A stretch of DNA of 64,000 nucleotides from Azolla caroliniana (Eukaryota; Plantae; Polypodiophyta), in the NCBI GenBank assembly GCA_043228905.1, contig JBHGNT010000004.1:10354001-10418000 (forward strand), read 5' to 3'. The position numbers were made by a program, and so were the translations under genes. Positions 37,131-51,178 of the stretch are shown one piece after another. The stretch's first letter is position 1. The number at the start of each line of letters is the position of its first letter. The notes beneath the pieces are model-generated. The model saw nothing but the letters and a program-made list of their open reading frames with translations, searched no databases and was not told where the DNA came from.

Positions 37131-40100
37131 AGAGGGAGTTTGTTGGGAGACAGGTCCCTCCAGATGGGAAGGGAGAAGAACAGTGCCGATGAACAGACTC
37201 TAGCATCTGAAATAGGAAGTTCAATGTCTAGCATTTCCATTAGAGATAGAATAATTCTTGCAAGAGAAACATGTTTTAATGGAGTATACAATGGATATAA
37301 AATTCAACCAACCCACACAAGAAAAAAGAAACAAAGAGAAGGTATTGTTGTTTTCACATGAGAAGACTATTTATATTAGCAATAAAGAGAAACCTATAGG
37401 TGAAGGAAGTTTTATCAATCACGAGGATATTGACCCGGCTACGGAGAGCCGGATGATGCAGACCCGGTATGAACCGGATGAGGAGTACCCGGCTACGGAG
37501 AGCCGGATGATGCAAACCCGGTATGAACTGGATGGTGCAGGCCTGGTACGAACCGGATGAGGAGTACCCGGCTACGGAGAGCCGGATGATGCAGACCCAA
37601 TATGAACCGGATGAGTACCCGGCTACGGAGAGCCGGATGGTGCAGACCCGGTATGAACCGGAGGAAGAGACATATTCGTAAATATGTTTCTGAGAGCCCA
37701 TCGTGGCTACATTTGTAAATAGCTGAAAAGTCATATTAGTATAAATATGACTTAGGGAAAACTAAGTAGGTGGTTGTTATTCTTCCTTGTTGGTGCAAGA
37801 AGAAGAGAGAGCGCGCAACTGTATAGAGAGGGAGAGAGAGACGAGGTCTTTGCCTCTGTTGTAATCGCCGCCTGTGGTGAAGGTCATGAGCACGAGGTCG
37901 TTGCCTTCGTGAACTCACAGTTTTGTATATTCTTACATAGTGACAGTTTGCAGCCCGTGGGCTGCCGTGGTTTTTCCCCTAGTTTGGGGTTTTCCACGTA
38001 AACCTCCTGTGTATTTGTCTTCCTCTTTGTGTCGTGTTCTATTTCCTATTTTCTGTGTATGAAAATAATTTCGGTTGTGGCCGAGCGTTGCGCATAAGGA
38101 ACGTTGGGTTCCCGACAGAATGGTAGGCCACGTTTTTTGCAAGGTGGATGGCACTTTGACTGTCGCAGTAGAGCCGATATTCCTCATGTTGGATCCCTAG
38201 CACTTCGATGAAGTCCTTCATCCAGATTATCTCCTTGCCGGCTTCTACAACTGCCATGTACTACGCCTCCGTGGTTGACAACGCAACGAACTTCTGCAGC
38301 CTCGATTGCCATGATACAACTCCCCCTACATAAGTCATGACATATCCGGATCTAGACTGGCTGGTATCCGCATAAGCCGACATATCCGAATCTGTGAATC
38401 CGTCAAGTTGGGGATTACTGGAGCCGAACCAGAGGCACATACTCGAGGTGCCTTTCAGATACCGGAGTATCCACTTGACCGCATTCCAATGTTCTTTTCC
38501 AGGATTGCTCATGAACCGGCTCACCATTCTGACTGCATATCCGATATCCGGCCGGGTACATACCATCGCGTACATCAAACTTCCGACGGCAGAGGCATAT
38601 GGAATCTTCATCATATCTTTCTTCTCCGCCTTTGTCCTCAGACTTTGTTTTCCGTTGCAGTTTGCCGAAAGTGTCAATCCGACAGGCTTCGCCGTCAACA
38701 TGTTGAACCGTTAAAGCACCTTTGTCACGTACTTCTCCTGTGACAACCACAACAACTTCTTCGACCGGTCCAGGATGATGTGCATTCCCAATATCTGTCT
38801 TGTTGGCCCCAAGTCTTTCATTGAGAAGGTTCGGTTTAGAGCCTTCTTCAGCATCCGTATCTTGACTTGGTCTCGTTCGATGATAAGCATATCATCCACA
38901 TATAGGAGGAGTATCAAGAAATCTCCTTCGTCAAATTTTTTCACAAACACGTAGTGATCGGCTTGCGTTTTGTGGTACCCTTGGTTGGTCATGAAGGAGT
39001 CGAACTTCCGGTACCATTGTCGGGGAGCTTGCTTCAATTCATATAAGCTCTTCTTCAGCCGACACACCAGGTGCTCCTTCCCTTTCTTCTCAAATCCTTC
39101 CGGTTGATGCATGTAGATCTCTTCTTCGAGGTCGCCATGTAGGAATGCCATCTTGACGTCTAGTTGCTCTACCTCGAGGTCCATGCTTGCCGTTATGCCC
39201 AATACTGTACGGATGGATGTCATCTTTACTACCGTGGCAAAGATCTCATCGAAATCCACTCCTTTCTTCTATTGGAACCCCTTCACCACGATCCGGGCTT
39301 TGTATCTCGGGGGTTTTTCGGCATCTCCCGGTTTCAGCTTGTACACCCACTTGTTCCGGAGTGCCCTCTTTCCTTTCGGCAACTCCGTCAGTTCATATGT
39401 GTGGTTCTCATGCAGGGAATCCATCTCATCTTGCATGGCACTCAACCACTTGCAGTTGTGGGTGTCTCTCTTTGCTTCTTCGAAGCTTTCCAACTCCCCC
39501 TCATCGGTTAGCAACACGTGCTCTGCATTTGGAAATCTCTGGGGGGCTCTTCTCTCTCGGAGAGCATATCTCCATCCTTGGTTTCTAACTACTGGTTCCG
39601 CCGTTTGTTTCTCATCCATATTCGATTCGGGATCTTGTCCAGTTTCGGTGTCTTCTTCTTCTTCGGTCGGTTCGGTTTCTTGTTCGTATCTTTCCGGTTC
39701 GTCGAGTGTCATCCGGTTACCGGCTAACATCCGGTTTTCAACCGGGTAGGTCCTTGTGTCCTCCGGCTGGTTTTCATTGGATGATCCAGAGTTGATCATC
39801 TTCTTCTCCGACTCCCAGTCGGCAATGGTCCCGTCTTCCATGAAGACTATGTCCTGACTCTAGAACACCTTCTTGTCGACCAGATCCCACACCCGGTAAC
39901 TGAACTCATCATCGTCGTATCCAAGGAATATGCATGGCCGGGACTTCGGATCCAACTTTGCTCTCTTGTCCTTCGCCACATGCACGTATGTGAGACACCC
40001 AAACACCTTCAAATGCCTGTAAGATACATCTTTACCAGTCCATACTTTCTGAGGTTAGTCTCCTCCCAAGGGTACTGATGGGTGATCTGTTTATCACATA

Positions 40101-41134
40101 GGTCGCCGTCGTCAGCGCCTCAGCCCAAAATGTCTTGGGTAACTTGGCATGTGTGAGCATGCTCCAGACTCTCTCCATTATGGTCCGGTTCATCCTTTCG
40201 GCCAGCCCGTTCAATTTCGGCGTCTTCGGCACGGTAAATTCGAGCCGGATTCCCTTCGACCGACAGTACTCCTCAAACTGGCCCTGGTATTCTCCTCCGT
40301 TATCTGCTCGAACCGCCTTCAACTTCCGGCCGGTTTCTCTTTCCACTCTCGCGTGGAGATCCTTGAAGACGGATAGCACTGGATCCTTTATCTTTAATGT
40401 TGAGACCCACAACTTCCGGCTGTGGTCGTCTATGAACGTCACAAAGTACTGCGATCCGGCATGTGACTTCGTGTCCACTTGACACATATCGGTATGCACC
40501 AGCTCCAGTGGTGCATTCCGTCTCATCAGTGGTCTTGACCAGAAGGAGGTTCGGTTTTGCTTGCTGGCGAAGCAATCGGTGCACTTCTCAAGTTGCACGC
40601 CCTTCACTGGAATGAGGTTGTCTTCGGCAAACCTCTTTATCCCCTTCTCACTCATGTGACACAGTCTTTTGTGCCACAGCTCACCGGAAATGTCGGATGC
40701 TACGTTCACTTCTTCCCGGCATATTCGGGCATAAATCAAATACAATGTGTTGACCTTCCAGGCTTGAGCCACAATCAAGCTTCCCTTGCTGAACTTCATG
40801 ACTCCGTTCTGGATGCTACCCGTGTAGCCTTCATCATCTAGCCGACCGGCTGATATGAGGTTCAGTCGGACCTCCGGAACGTGTCAGACATCCTTCAACA
40901 ACAACTTGCATCCGATTGATGTCGTCAACAACACATTTCCTATGCCGAAAATTTGGCATGTGCCTTCATTCCCCATCCAGACACAACCACGATCATCGGC
41001 TGTGTAGGATGAGAAGCATCTCCGGTCCGTTGTCAGGTGGAACAACGCTTCGGAATTGACAACCCACGTTGTCTCATCGCCGACAAGGTTTAACTCATTC
41101 TCTTTGGTAATGAGCAACAATTCCTCTTCACTTG

Positions 41135-41369
41135 TGTTGAGATACAATCTCAACATTGGCCGGACTGGTGCGTAAACTGGGTGCCCGCGAGGCTGTTGGA
41201 AAGATATTCCGCGTAGGAATATATTTTGGGAGTTAGTGTAGAGCTCATTTATGAGCATTGAAGTACGTGTCAATACTTCTATCAGTTCGTATGGACTTGT
41301 ATAAAGGTGCTCACTGAGCACATCCTATGTACAGACTGTGTGTATTATTTTTTTAATTGAGTTTGTGTG

Positions 41370-41408
<39 letters not shown>

Positions 41409-44400
41409 CCACGTACTGTGTATATTCAAGCTCTCCATTAAACCTACGTTTCAGTGTTTGGTTTTCTATTGCTTCCGCACACTATTCTTTTTACATGATA
41501 TCACAGCGCGAGGGTTGAGAACCTCTGCAGCTGACCTTGTTACCGGCCGACAAAGGAGTCCAGAGTGTGAAACTGGGAGTTATTTAATTAGTAGGAATGG
41601 TTGTAAGTAAGCTATGAGTGTGGACGGGCGGACCGGAATCGGTATGCCGTTCCGGATCCAGATCGATCCCGAACAGGTGCGGATGGCACCGTTTTGTAAT
41701 ACAGACCGGAAACCTATTTAAAGGCCCGGATACAATGTATTGAACAACGGTTAATTAATAAAGCTTAGTGTTGTTATCTCTCTGTGTTAATTGCCATTCT
41801 GCATTCATTGTTATATCTTACGCGTGTGATTATTAAAGACGATCATGCTAAGTAACCTAATTAAGTCGGATTAATCGTTGAGTCTAATCCTGTTGCCGTA
41901 ACACCCCTTTGGTGAAGTGTCTTCCGTAGACACCCTGTGTTAGGCCATTGTCCGGCCCTAAGAGTTAACACAGTTTTTGGCGACCACGATTCCTGTTTTT
42001 GCAGCGAACGACGGCACGGATGGATGACTAGATCAACGCACGACCTGGTTACAGATCGAACTCGACGCCTTGCCGAAAGGCAAAGGAGACGTGAGGCTTT
42101 CCAGCAAGCGGCGCAGGAAATTAGAGCGGATCGCTCGTTTTCCAACGTAATCCGGAGAGTAGCGGAGGACTCCCTCTGGTTACAACAAACATCGCACCCG
42201 GACGACGGCAACAGCCTAAGCAGCCTTCGGGAAACCGAATCCCTTCTCCAGACGTTGGCAGACGGAGAAGGCGAAGCAGAAGCCTTTTCAGCGTATGAAT
42301 CGGACTCCGAAGGGGAATACATCGTGCACACGAACTACCATAGCAGCAACGAAACCCCGGGCGGACCGGAGGACGAAGGATCGGATACCGTACCGACACC
42401 AGAACCAGAAGTGCTAAAGCTGGAAACCCCGGAACCAGCAGAGGAAGAGCGACCTCCGACACCGGAAGTCGAAGAGGAGAGGCCTCCGTCACCAAAAGAA
42501 GAGGAAAGACCACCGACGCCGGAGAAAATCCTGGAACGAGCACCAACACTGCCAGCCCGCGCACCGATACCGGACGACGACATGCCGTTCCAGTACTCCA
42601 AGTATAGAGATGATCCGGACGCGCAAGCTCATGTGCACGCCTTTGAACAGACATGGGAAGCCAACCATGTGTCCCAGCGATTGACCCCGGATGAAGAGGA
42701 ACGCTCTAAGATAGCGGAATTTGGCGTCACATTGGAGGGACCGGCAACAAGATGGCGCCGGATGCAGGACCCGTCTACCATCAACACCTTTGCAGATTTA
42801 AAAGCTAAATTCTTGCATTTTTTCCAAAATGAGGTGGACCAGACCGTAATGGTAGGCTTATTTTATACCATCCGACAGGAGGCAGGGGAGAGCATTCCCC
42901 AGTTTGTCATCCGGTTTCAACGGATGTATAGTCAGCTTGCCCGCGCACCCCCAGAGGAGGAATTACAGACTATATTCCTAAACGCGCTCCGGGAACCCCT
43001 ACGCACGGTTTTCACGGTAATTGACTTCCGCACAAGTACCATCGACCAGGTCATTGACCGGGTGAGAGAGATGGAAAAGACAAGCTCCTGGCTCACACTG
43101 GGAGCACTCCAACGGGCGTTACCGTCCGATGAAGACCTCCGGTTTCGGCAAGCAATACAGTGCACAACCTGCTTGAATTCCGGACACTCGGCTCTAGAAT
43201 GCACTATGAGGACGCAATGTGTAATCTGTCAATCCAAGGGCCATACGACGGATAGGTGTGAGTATAATCTATTGAACCGGCAAGCACCGCCCGTCCGACA
43301 AATTGAGCCATGCAGTAGCCAGGATGAAGAAGAGGAACGCTGGCGGCGGATGGACCGCGACCGACCGGCACAGGATGTCCGGTATGGCGATCGACGGGAG
43401 AATGATGTCCGGTACGGTGATCGGCGGGATAACTATGACCGGCATGATCGGTACCGGGATTACAATAGACGATACGAACATTACGATCGGGAGCACTCCC
43501 CCGAGTATCGTCAGCAACGAGAGGAATACGGCAGATATAACGGGCAACCTCGTCAAGAGTACCGCAATAAGAAGAGCTATAACAAAAAACGGCATTTCAA
43601 AAAAGGCAGCTACCCACGGGATCCGGAATAAGGAGCTTCAAGCAGCCAACCGGCCCAAAACCCCGCGCGTACCACAGGACCTGCCTCGGGTACAACAGAC
43701 AATGCCGAATCCAGCAATACCCGGAAAGCCTACTGCTACTACTGCCGACAGGAAGGCCATTATAGTAATCAATGCCCGGTGAAGAGCTATGAAAAACGAC
43801 CGGCGGTAAATATGGTAGTCCCTGAGGTGGCAGATTTGCAGCAGGTGACCACAAGGTCGAAGGGCATGGCCAAGGAATGGGAGACACAGGAGACCATCCG
43901 GAAGCAAGCGATGGAATGGGTGAAGAAAGCAAACGAGCAGAATGTCATAGACTTACAACGGCAAAAGTAGAACACTGTAGGGCTTGCCGGCGGCAGTTAC
44001 TCCGAGAACGAGACATGGCAGGCGTTGCAAGAATGCCAGATTACGCTGCCACTAGGAAGACTCCTACAACTCGTGCCAAGATTCACGGAAGGACTGAAGA
44101 CGGCCATGACGGCATGAGAATCATCACCGGCACCAGTACTCTTCTCGAATCCGGAGGAGGGACCAACGGTGGTGGACACCAACAGTCCGGTAACCACTGC
44201 CATTGTAAAAGGGAAAGAACTCCCTGGCACAGTTATAGACGGAGGCTCTGGGGTGAATGTAATAAGCCTCCGGACGTGTGATGCCCTAGGAATCCACGAG
44301 TGGGAGCCGTGTCCGTTCTGGTTGCGGATGGCCGATACAAGCTCAGTGCGGCCGATAGGATTAATACGGAAATTAGAAGTCACCGTGGGCGGTCATACAT

Positions 44401-47400
44401 TTCACATCTCGGCAGTAGTGCTACAATTACAGGCACAAGGCGCATACCCGCTATTGCTGGGGCGGTCGTGGTTGAAAACGGCACATATCAAACAGAATTG
44501 GAGGAAAAATATTATTACCTTCCGGCGAGGAAAAGCCAAGGTACGAGTACCAACACAGCCAAGGACGAGCACTGGCAAGGAATGTACACCGTTGTATGTA
44601 GAGTGCGTCAACATGCTAGAAGGGTTAGCTGACGAAGAAGAAGCTCAGTACTTGCAGGAAAACCCGAAGATCATACCCCTCTTCGAAATTGACATTACCG
44701 AAGCAGTAGCACCATACTTACCGCAACTGGAAGAGGCTGAAGCAGAACCGGATAAAGATGCAATCCGGGAGTTACGGCAAGTGCAGGAAGCGTTGGAACG
44801 GGAAATGGCCGTTTCACAGCGCGTAAAAGCGTCGCAACTGGAAGAGGTGAACCTAGGGACCACGGACGAAGCAAAACCGGTGCACATCGCTAAGGAGATG
44901 AAGTCCGAAGACAAAATGGCGATGATCACACTTCTCACGGAATTTTGCGATGTGTTCGCCTGGTCATACGAAGACATGCGAGGACTCGACCCTCAGTTAT
45001 ACCAGCATCAGGTTCACTTGAGCAAGGACGCAAAACCAGTGGCACAAAGACGGTACCGGATGAATCCCAATTATGCCGCCAAAGTCAAGGAGGAAATCGA
45101 CAAACTGCTAAGAGTTGGCTTTATTCGTCCGGTAAAGAAAGCGACATGGCTGAGCCCGATCGTAGTCATACCGAAGAAGAACGGAAAAATTCGAGTTTGT
45201 GTGGACTATCGGAAACTCAATGCAGCTACGGTAACGGATGCGTTTCCACTTCCGTTCACAGATGGAGTGTTGGATGCCGTCGCCAGCCATGAGGTTTATA
45301 GCTTCCTAGACGGATTCAGCGGGTATAATCAAATCCGGATGCACCCCGACGACCAAGAGAAAACGGCTTTCGTCACCGAATGGGGGGTGTTTGTGGCCGT
45401 AATGATGATGTTCGGACTCAAAACGACACCGGCAACATTTCAACGAATCATCATGGAAATCTTTGGTGAATATAGTGTAGAGCGTACCGGCTAAGCTTGA
45501 ATCCGGGAAAGTGTGTATTTGGCGTGTCCAGTGGAACTTTATTAGGAAATATTGTGAGCCAGGAAGGTATTGCAGTCGACCCGGACAAAGTGAAAGCCAT
45601 ATTAGAAGCACCGGCGCCAACAATGACAAAGGCATTAAGCCGGTTCTTAGGCCAGATCCGGTGGCACAGCCGGATGCTCCGATACTTGGCCGACTTGGCT
45701 ACACCGTTGCATGCCGCCGTACATCGGACACCATTCCAGTGGACCGACACCGAGGATAGGGCGTATAGGGCCCTCAAGGTACTATTGTCGCAAGCACCGG
45801 TAGTGCAGCCTCCGGATTGGAGTAAAGAATTTCATGTGTTCGTGGACGCCTCCGACATCGCAATCGGAAGCGTACTGATGCAACTTACGGAGCCAAAGTG
45901 GTATCGGCCAGTGTACTATGCCAGCCGAAAGCTATCCCAAGCAGAACGGAACTACTCTACCACGGAACGGGAAGCTCTAGGGATGATCTACAGTGTGACA
46001 AAGTTTCGGCATTATTTATTGGGAAGGAAGTTTTCCTTCCATGTAGATCATTCGACACTCCTTTACCTGGTGTCCAAAGCGTCACTCACCGGCAAATTGG
46101 CCCGGTGGACCTTACTGTTACAGGAATTCAAGTTTGAAATATTCCACCGACCCGGTATACAGCATGCCATGGCGGATTACTTAAGCCGATTAGAGTATTA
46201 CAAAACGGTGCCATCCGCACCTGTTCGGGATCAGTCCGGATCCGGAACGGCATACCGATTTCGGTCGGTCCGTCCACACTCATAGCTTACTTACAACCAT
46301 TCCTACTAATTAAATAACTCCCCGTTTCACACTCTGGACTCCTTTGCCGGCCGGTAACATACCTTAGCTCAAGAAGAAAACCTAACCTTCGTAAAGAACT
46401 AGAAAAACAAAATGGATAGAGGCATGGCTAGCTCGCTTCCAACAGAGAAGCTCGACAGAAACAACTACGTGTCTTGGTCTTACAAGATGCACCAGTACCT
46501 GCTCGGGCACAGTTACTGGAGCTACGTCGACGGAGCAAATGACACAACACCCAATTCGACACACAAAGACTTCCCGGCTTGGGAACAGTCGGCAATCAGA
46601 ATTCTCTACTGCTTCACATCTTGTGTGGGCGAACAACTTCTGAGCTATATTCAGGATGCGAAAACGCTGAAGGATGCTTGGGGAAATCTGAAGAAGATTT
46701 TCTCCGCAAGCACCATAGCCAGGAAGCTTCAACTCTAACAGGAGCTGAGCAACTTACGACAACGCGAGTTGTTGGTGGCTGATTACACCTCGAAGATCAA
46801 AGAGATATGCGACTCCTTAGCCTCTATCGATGTGAACGTTGAGGAAGGCGAGATGGTGCAGATCTGTCTCGGGGGTCTAGTGTTGAAGTTCGGAGCGTTC
46901 CGAACTGCTGTGTACACGGGAGAATACGCCGTCGTTTTTTGACCTACAGTCGATGCTCCTTATAGAGGAGAACCACGCGGGTGCGTCAAGGAGCACGCAT
47001 GCCAACAACAAGATGCTGTACACGGAGGGATATAGGCCCCGTGGTCGTGGCGGAAGAGGCGAGTCAGTGCGCAATGAAGGCGGCCGACGGGATCAAGGAA
47101 GAGGGCACCGAAGTGATGCCGACAACAATTCTGGACCCTCCGGAAACAGGGGGAGTCGAGGCGACGAGAACTGGCAAGGGAAACCTGTTGCAGAATGTTG
47201 GTACTGTGGCAAGAAAGGCTACAAGGAGAGCGAGTGCTGGAAGAAGCGCGCTGATTCGGAGAGGACCGGGTCCGGATTAGGTTCCAGACAAACCGACAAG
47301 TGTAATTGGCAACGATTGCACTACGCCGAAGGATTCGGAAAGCCGGAAAGGGTCAGCCTTCGTGACGAAACACGAAGCGAACTCGATGAAGAAGTCCACC

Positions 47401-48304
47401 CCGAAATCGGATGAGGTGTGGTACGTTGACTCCGGCGCGTCAAACCACATGACGTGCCACAAGGAGTGGTTCTCATACCTTGAGAAACCAATGCAACCGG
47501 GAGTAGTCGCAACCGGAGATGACACTCCGCATTCGATCGCGAATGTCGGTGAAGTTCCCCTGAGCCATGTTGGGTAGAAAGGGAAACTCATGAACGTATT
47601 ACACGTGGAAGATTCCAAAAGCGGACATAAGGGGAGCAGTCGAAAGAAAGAGCCAAAGCCAACCAAGCATAGGGGAGACGAAGCCATCAAGGGCAAGAAC
47701 ACCGAAGACGAGTTGGAGACAACCAACTCGGACGAAAGTGAAAACCGATCGGAGGAAGCCGAGTCGGTGCAGATGTTTGATTTGGATACACCGAATCAAC
47801 TGAGGGTCAAGCGGAAGAGAAGGTAGCGGAAGAAGCGCCAACACCGCAAGCAAGGCGTGAAGCCAGAAGGAACCGGAGTGTAGATCCGGAAGAGCGGATG
47901 GAACCTCAAGTTGAGCTTGAGGGGGAGTGTTGAGATACAAGCTCAACATTGGCTGGATCGGGTGTGTAAACCGGTGCGCAAACCGGTACACAACGAGAAG
48001 CCGCAACGGTGCGTAAACCGCGAGGCTGTTGGAAAGATATTCCGCATAGGAATATATTTTGGGAGTTAGTGTAGAGCTCATTTATGAGCATTGAAGTACG
48101 TGTCAGTACTTCTGTCAGTCCGTATGGACTTGTATAAAGGTGCTCATTGAGCATATCCTATGTACAGACTGTGTGTATTATTTTTTGAATTGAGTTTGTG
48201 TGCATTCTCTCTCTCTCCCACGTACTGTGTATATTCAAGCTCTCCATTAAACCTGCGTTTCAGTGTTCGGTTTTCTATTGCTTCCACACGCTATTCTTTT
48301 TACA
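41135..48304 (+). mobile_element. Copia H (family of A/D), internally deleted (no INT/RT/RH); host of Gypsy I
   Basis: TSD ACTTG at 41130-41134 and 48305-48309. LTRs at 41135-41495 and 47928-48304. Degenerate PBS TGATATCACAGC. gag-AP at 46412-47605 joins directly to the 3' extension. Confidence 0.9.
41538..46359 (+). mobile_element. Ty3/Gypsy element I (family of J), truncated after RNase H and ending in an inverted 165-bp LTR copy
   Basis: 5' LTR at 41538-41970, PBS TGGCGACCAC at 41978. gag, AP (IDGGS), RT with the FLDD region deleted, and RH. 46195-46359 is the reverse complement of 41538-41702. Flanks are GACCT and TACCT. Confidence 0.9.
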
Positions 48305-50649
48305 ACTTGTCGCGATTGTCGACGTTCCTTTCCGATTCGGGCCTCTCCAGTCCGAACCGTTTCGGTCCAAACTCTTCTTCGAATCGGTAGTGCCGGTTTC
48401 CTTTTCTTTCCGGAAATGCCAACAGTTTGTCTGGGAGTGTCCCAGCTTCCCGCAATAGAAGCACGTGGGCCTCCCCCTTGACTTTGACCTCGTCCCCGAT
48501 TTGTCCCGGTTTTGGGGTCTCCGATACTGACCTCTTCCTCGGTTGTGGTCATCTTCCGTGACCAAGGCCTTCGGATCGGTTCCGGACTCCCAGTCCTTCC
48601 GGCGAGCTTCTTCATCTAGCAAGCTTGATTTTACCCTTGCTAGGGACAACTGTTTTCCTTCCGGCCCGGTGTTCCCCAACGTGACAACTAACATCTCCTA
48701 GCTATCTGGGAGGGAACCAAGTAGGAGCAATGCGAGTACCTCATTGGGGAGAGGTACTTCCAACAAGGTTGCTTGGTGTATCAGACCCTGGAAGGCATTC
48801 ATGTGCTCCGCCATACTGGAGCCGTCCTGGTACCGGAGCCTCACTAGCTTCACGAATACCGAAACCTGATTAACAACATTCTTGTTCTGGAACATGATGT
48901 CGATCTTCTCCTAGAGTTCACGAGCCTTACTTTCTTCATTGAAGTTGTTGTACAGGCTCATGTTGATGAAGTACTGGATGTATGCTGTCGTCTTCATGTG
49001 CATCACCTCCCACATTGTGGCCTCGATCTTGTCCGGTCTCTTGTCCCCGAACTGAACTGGCAACCAAAGATCTTTAACCATCAGCATATCCCTCATCTTC
49101 GATTTCCACACTGAGTAGTTGGAGCCGGTGAGCTTGAACAGGCCGCTGGACGATTTTTCCATTTCTTGTGTTGTTCGCTCTGATACCAGTTTGAAGAGAA
49201 TCGCGCGGAATATAGCTCGGCCACAATCGAGTAATGAAGCACTTTGTTTAAGGATCAAACACAGAAATGGGAAATGGGGAGAGAACGCACGTACCCACAC
49301 TGACAATAGAGAGTACATAGGATGTTTATGTGGAAAACCCTAATAGGGTAAAACCACAGGAGCCCACAGACTCCAAACTAACACTATGAAGAAAGAGGGT
49401 ACACTTAGAAACTCGGAGGCAACGACCTCAAGCTCTATATCTTTGCCAACCAGCGGTTACAACAGAGTATTGCTCTGTATCTCTCTCTCTCACACACTCT
49501 CTATACAACAGTTATGCACATACAACAATATGACCACACAAAAGTGTTTGCCCTAAGTCATATTTATACTTATATGAACTTAGGGCTATTTACAAGTATA
49601 GTCTCAATAGGCTTACTCAAAACATATTCACAAATATGTCTTCTCTTCCGGTTCTCTTCCGGTTCTTCATTCAACACCGGATCCCATCCAGAGGGACCGA
49701 TTTCCCAATAGTTCCATTCCATGCCAAATAACCCATCCCTCTCAAATCCCTTGATTTTTGGAGCTTCATATGTTGCACTCCTTAGCACAAGATGTGTGAA
49801 GGAACCAATGCGCTAAAGCATTTTTCCACCTTCCTCTTTGTATGGAATGCCAACCACTAGCCCAAGACCTCAACCCAATGGCCTACTTCAATGCATGAAG
49901 TTTAATCTCTCCTTGGATGGCCCAAGACTAACTCATGTGATCATCTCCTAGAAATCTGCATTATTACGTTCAATGCACTCAGTGCTACCTTGGCACATGT
50001 CTGATCAAAAGCTATCTGGCTAAGATCCTTACAACATTTTTATATGACATTTTAGATTCCCCATGAGACCTTATTGCATTTCCTCATTCAATTTGAACAA
50101 TGTTTATGTAATCTCCTGGCTAGACCACGAGAAGTAGACTTAAAGGTCATCATCATGAACTCCAAGACTAGTGCCGCTTCACACACTTGTAGGCTTAGAC
50201 TTCATCATCAAACCCTTGACATTGTGATGGAAAAGATATTGGATCCACACCATAGACAATGGTCAATATCCTCTATGTTGCAAGGTTATCCAACCCCTCC
50301 CCATAAATGAAGAGTTATGGTTTTTGCCAATGCATGAAATACAACATCATTGGGCTAAAGGCCTTTAGGCCTTTTAACACTGCATTATATTATCTTTCGT
50401 TGCCTATTATATTCCTTTTTCTCTTTTCCTAGCACAACACTTGTTCCTTTATCTCTGATCAACATAAGTGTGGGGAGGTGGTTAACACAGTACACCCCTT
50501 GACTAAATGAATGCACACTTCTAGGTGCAACTAGAGGGTGTCAAAGGAGACGTGGTTTGAGTTTGGGTGTGGAGTTGGGGCGCCTACATGGTTGGGATAC
50601 CAGGGAAGTTCATGTGGGACAAAGTCAAGATGAGGGTAAGGGGGGGTAA

Positions 50650-51080
50650 GCCATGGCCTTGTTCGGTTTTGTCTTGAAACCAAATTGAACCAAACAATTT
50701 ATAGAAAACAAAAACCAAACCAAAAAATTATAAATTCTCAAGCCGTTTAAACCAAACCATTTAGGGAAAAGTTGAAACAAAATTGAGCCATTTAATACAA
50801 AATTTAAACTTAATCATTTATGTCAAATTAATTAAAAATAAAAAAAACAATTTGAATATATATTTAAATTAAGTTAATTAAACCAATAAAAAAATTTTAA
50901 AGTTAAAAAAACATTAAATTAAATAAGAATTTAATTTTAAATAAATAAATAAATAAATAAACATAAATTAAACCATTTAAGGAATAAAAAATAAGTTAAC
51001 CAAAAATCAGTAAACCATTCATGTGCGATAGACACCGAATCGAGTACACAATCGGTTATTCGGAAACTCGACAGTTGGGT
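50650..51080. repeat. AT-rich segment with many AACC/GGTT motifs; possible degenerate non-autonomous DNA transposon
   Basis: Repeated AAACCAAAC/TTCGGTT motifs; no TIR or TSD confirmed. Confidence 0.3.
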
Positions 51081-51098
51081 AAACACAGAGAATATGAG

Positions 51099-51099
<1 letters not shown>

Positions 51100-51178
<79 letters not shown>

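Larger units (their letters stand above)
32065..38117 (+). mobile_element. Copia F (lineage of E); 5' LTR lacks its first 61 bp; inserted into G
   Basis: Direct repeat 32065-33037 vs 37202-38117. Complete 3' LTR at 37141-38117. PBS TGGTATCAGAGC at 33040-33051; PPT GTGAAGAGGGAG. Right flank is the RNase H of G; no left TSD. Confidence 0.9.
38118..49710 (-). mobile_element. Copia G (lineage of E/F), degenerate, 3' end and 3' LTR missing; host of H
   Basis: 5' LTR at 49192-49710 and PBS at 49177-49188. gag at 48310-49165, AP/INT/RT/RH fragments at 38118-41130. Truncated at KNVAYHS by F. Confidence 0.88.
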
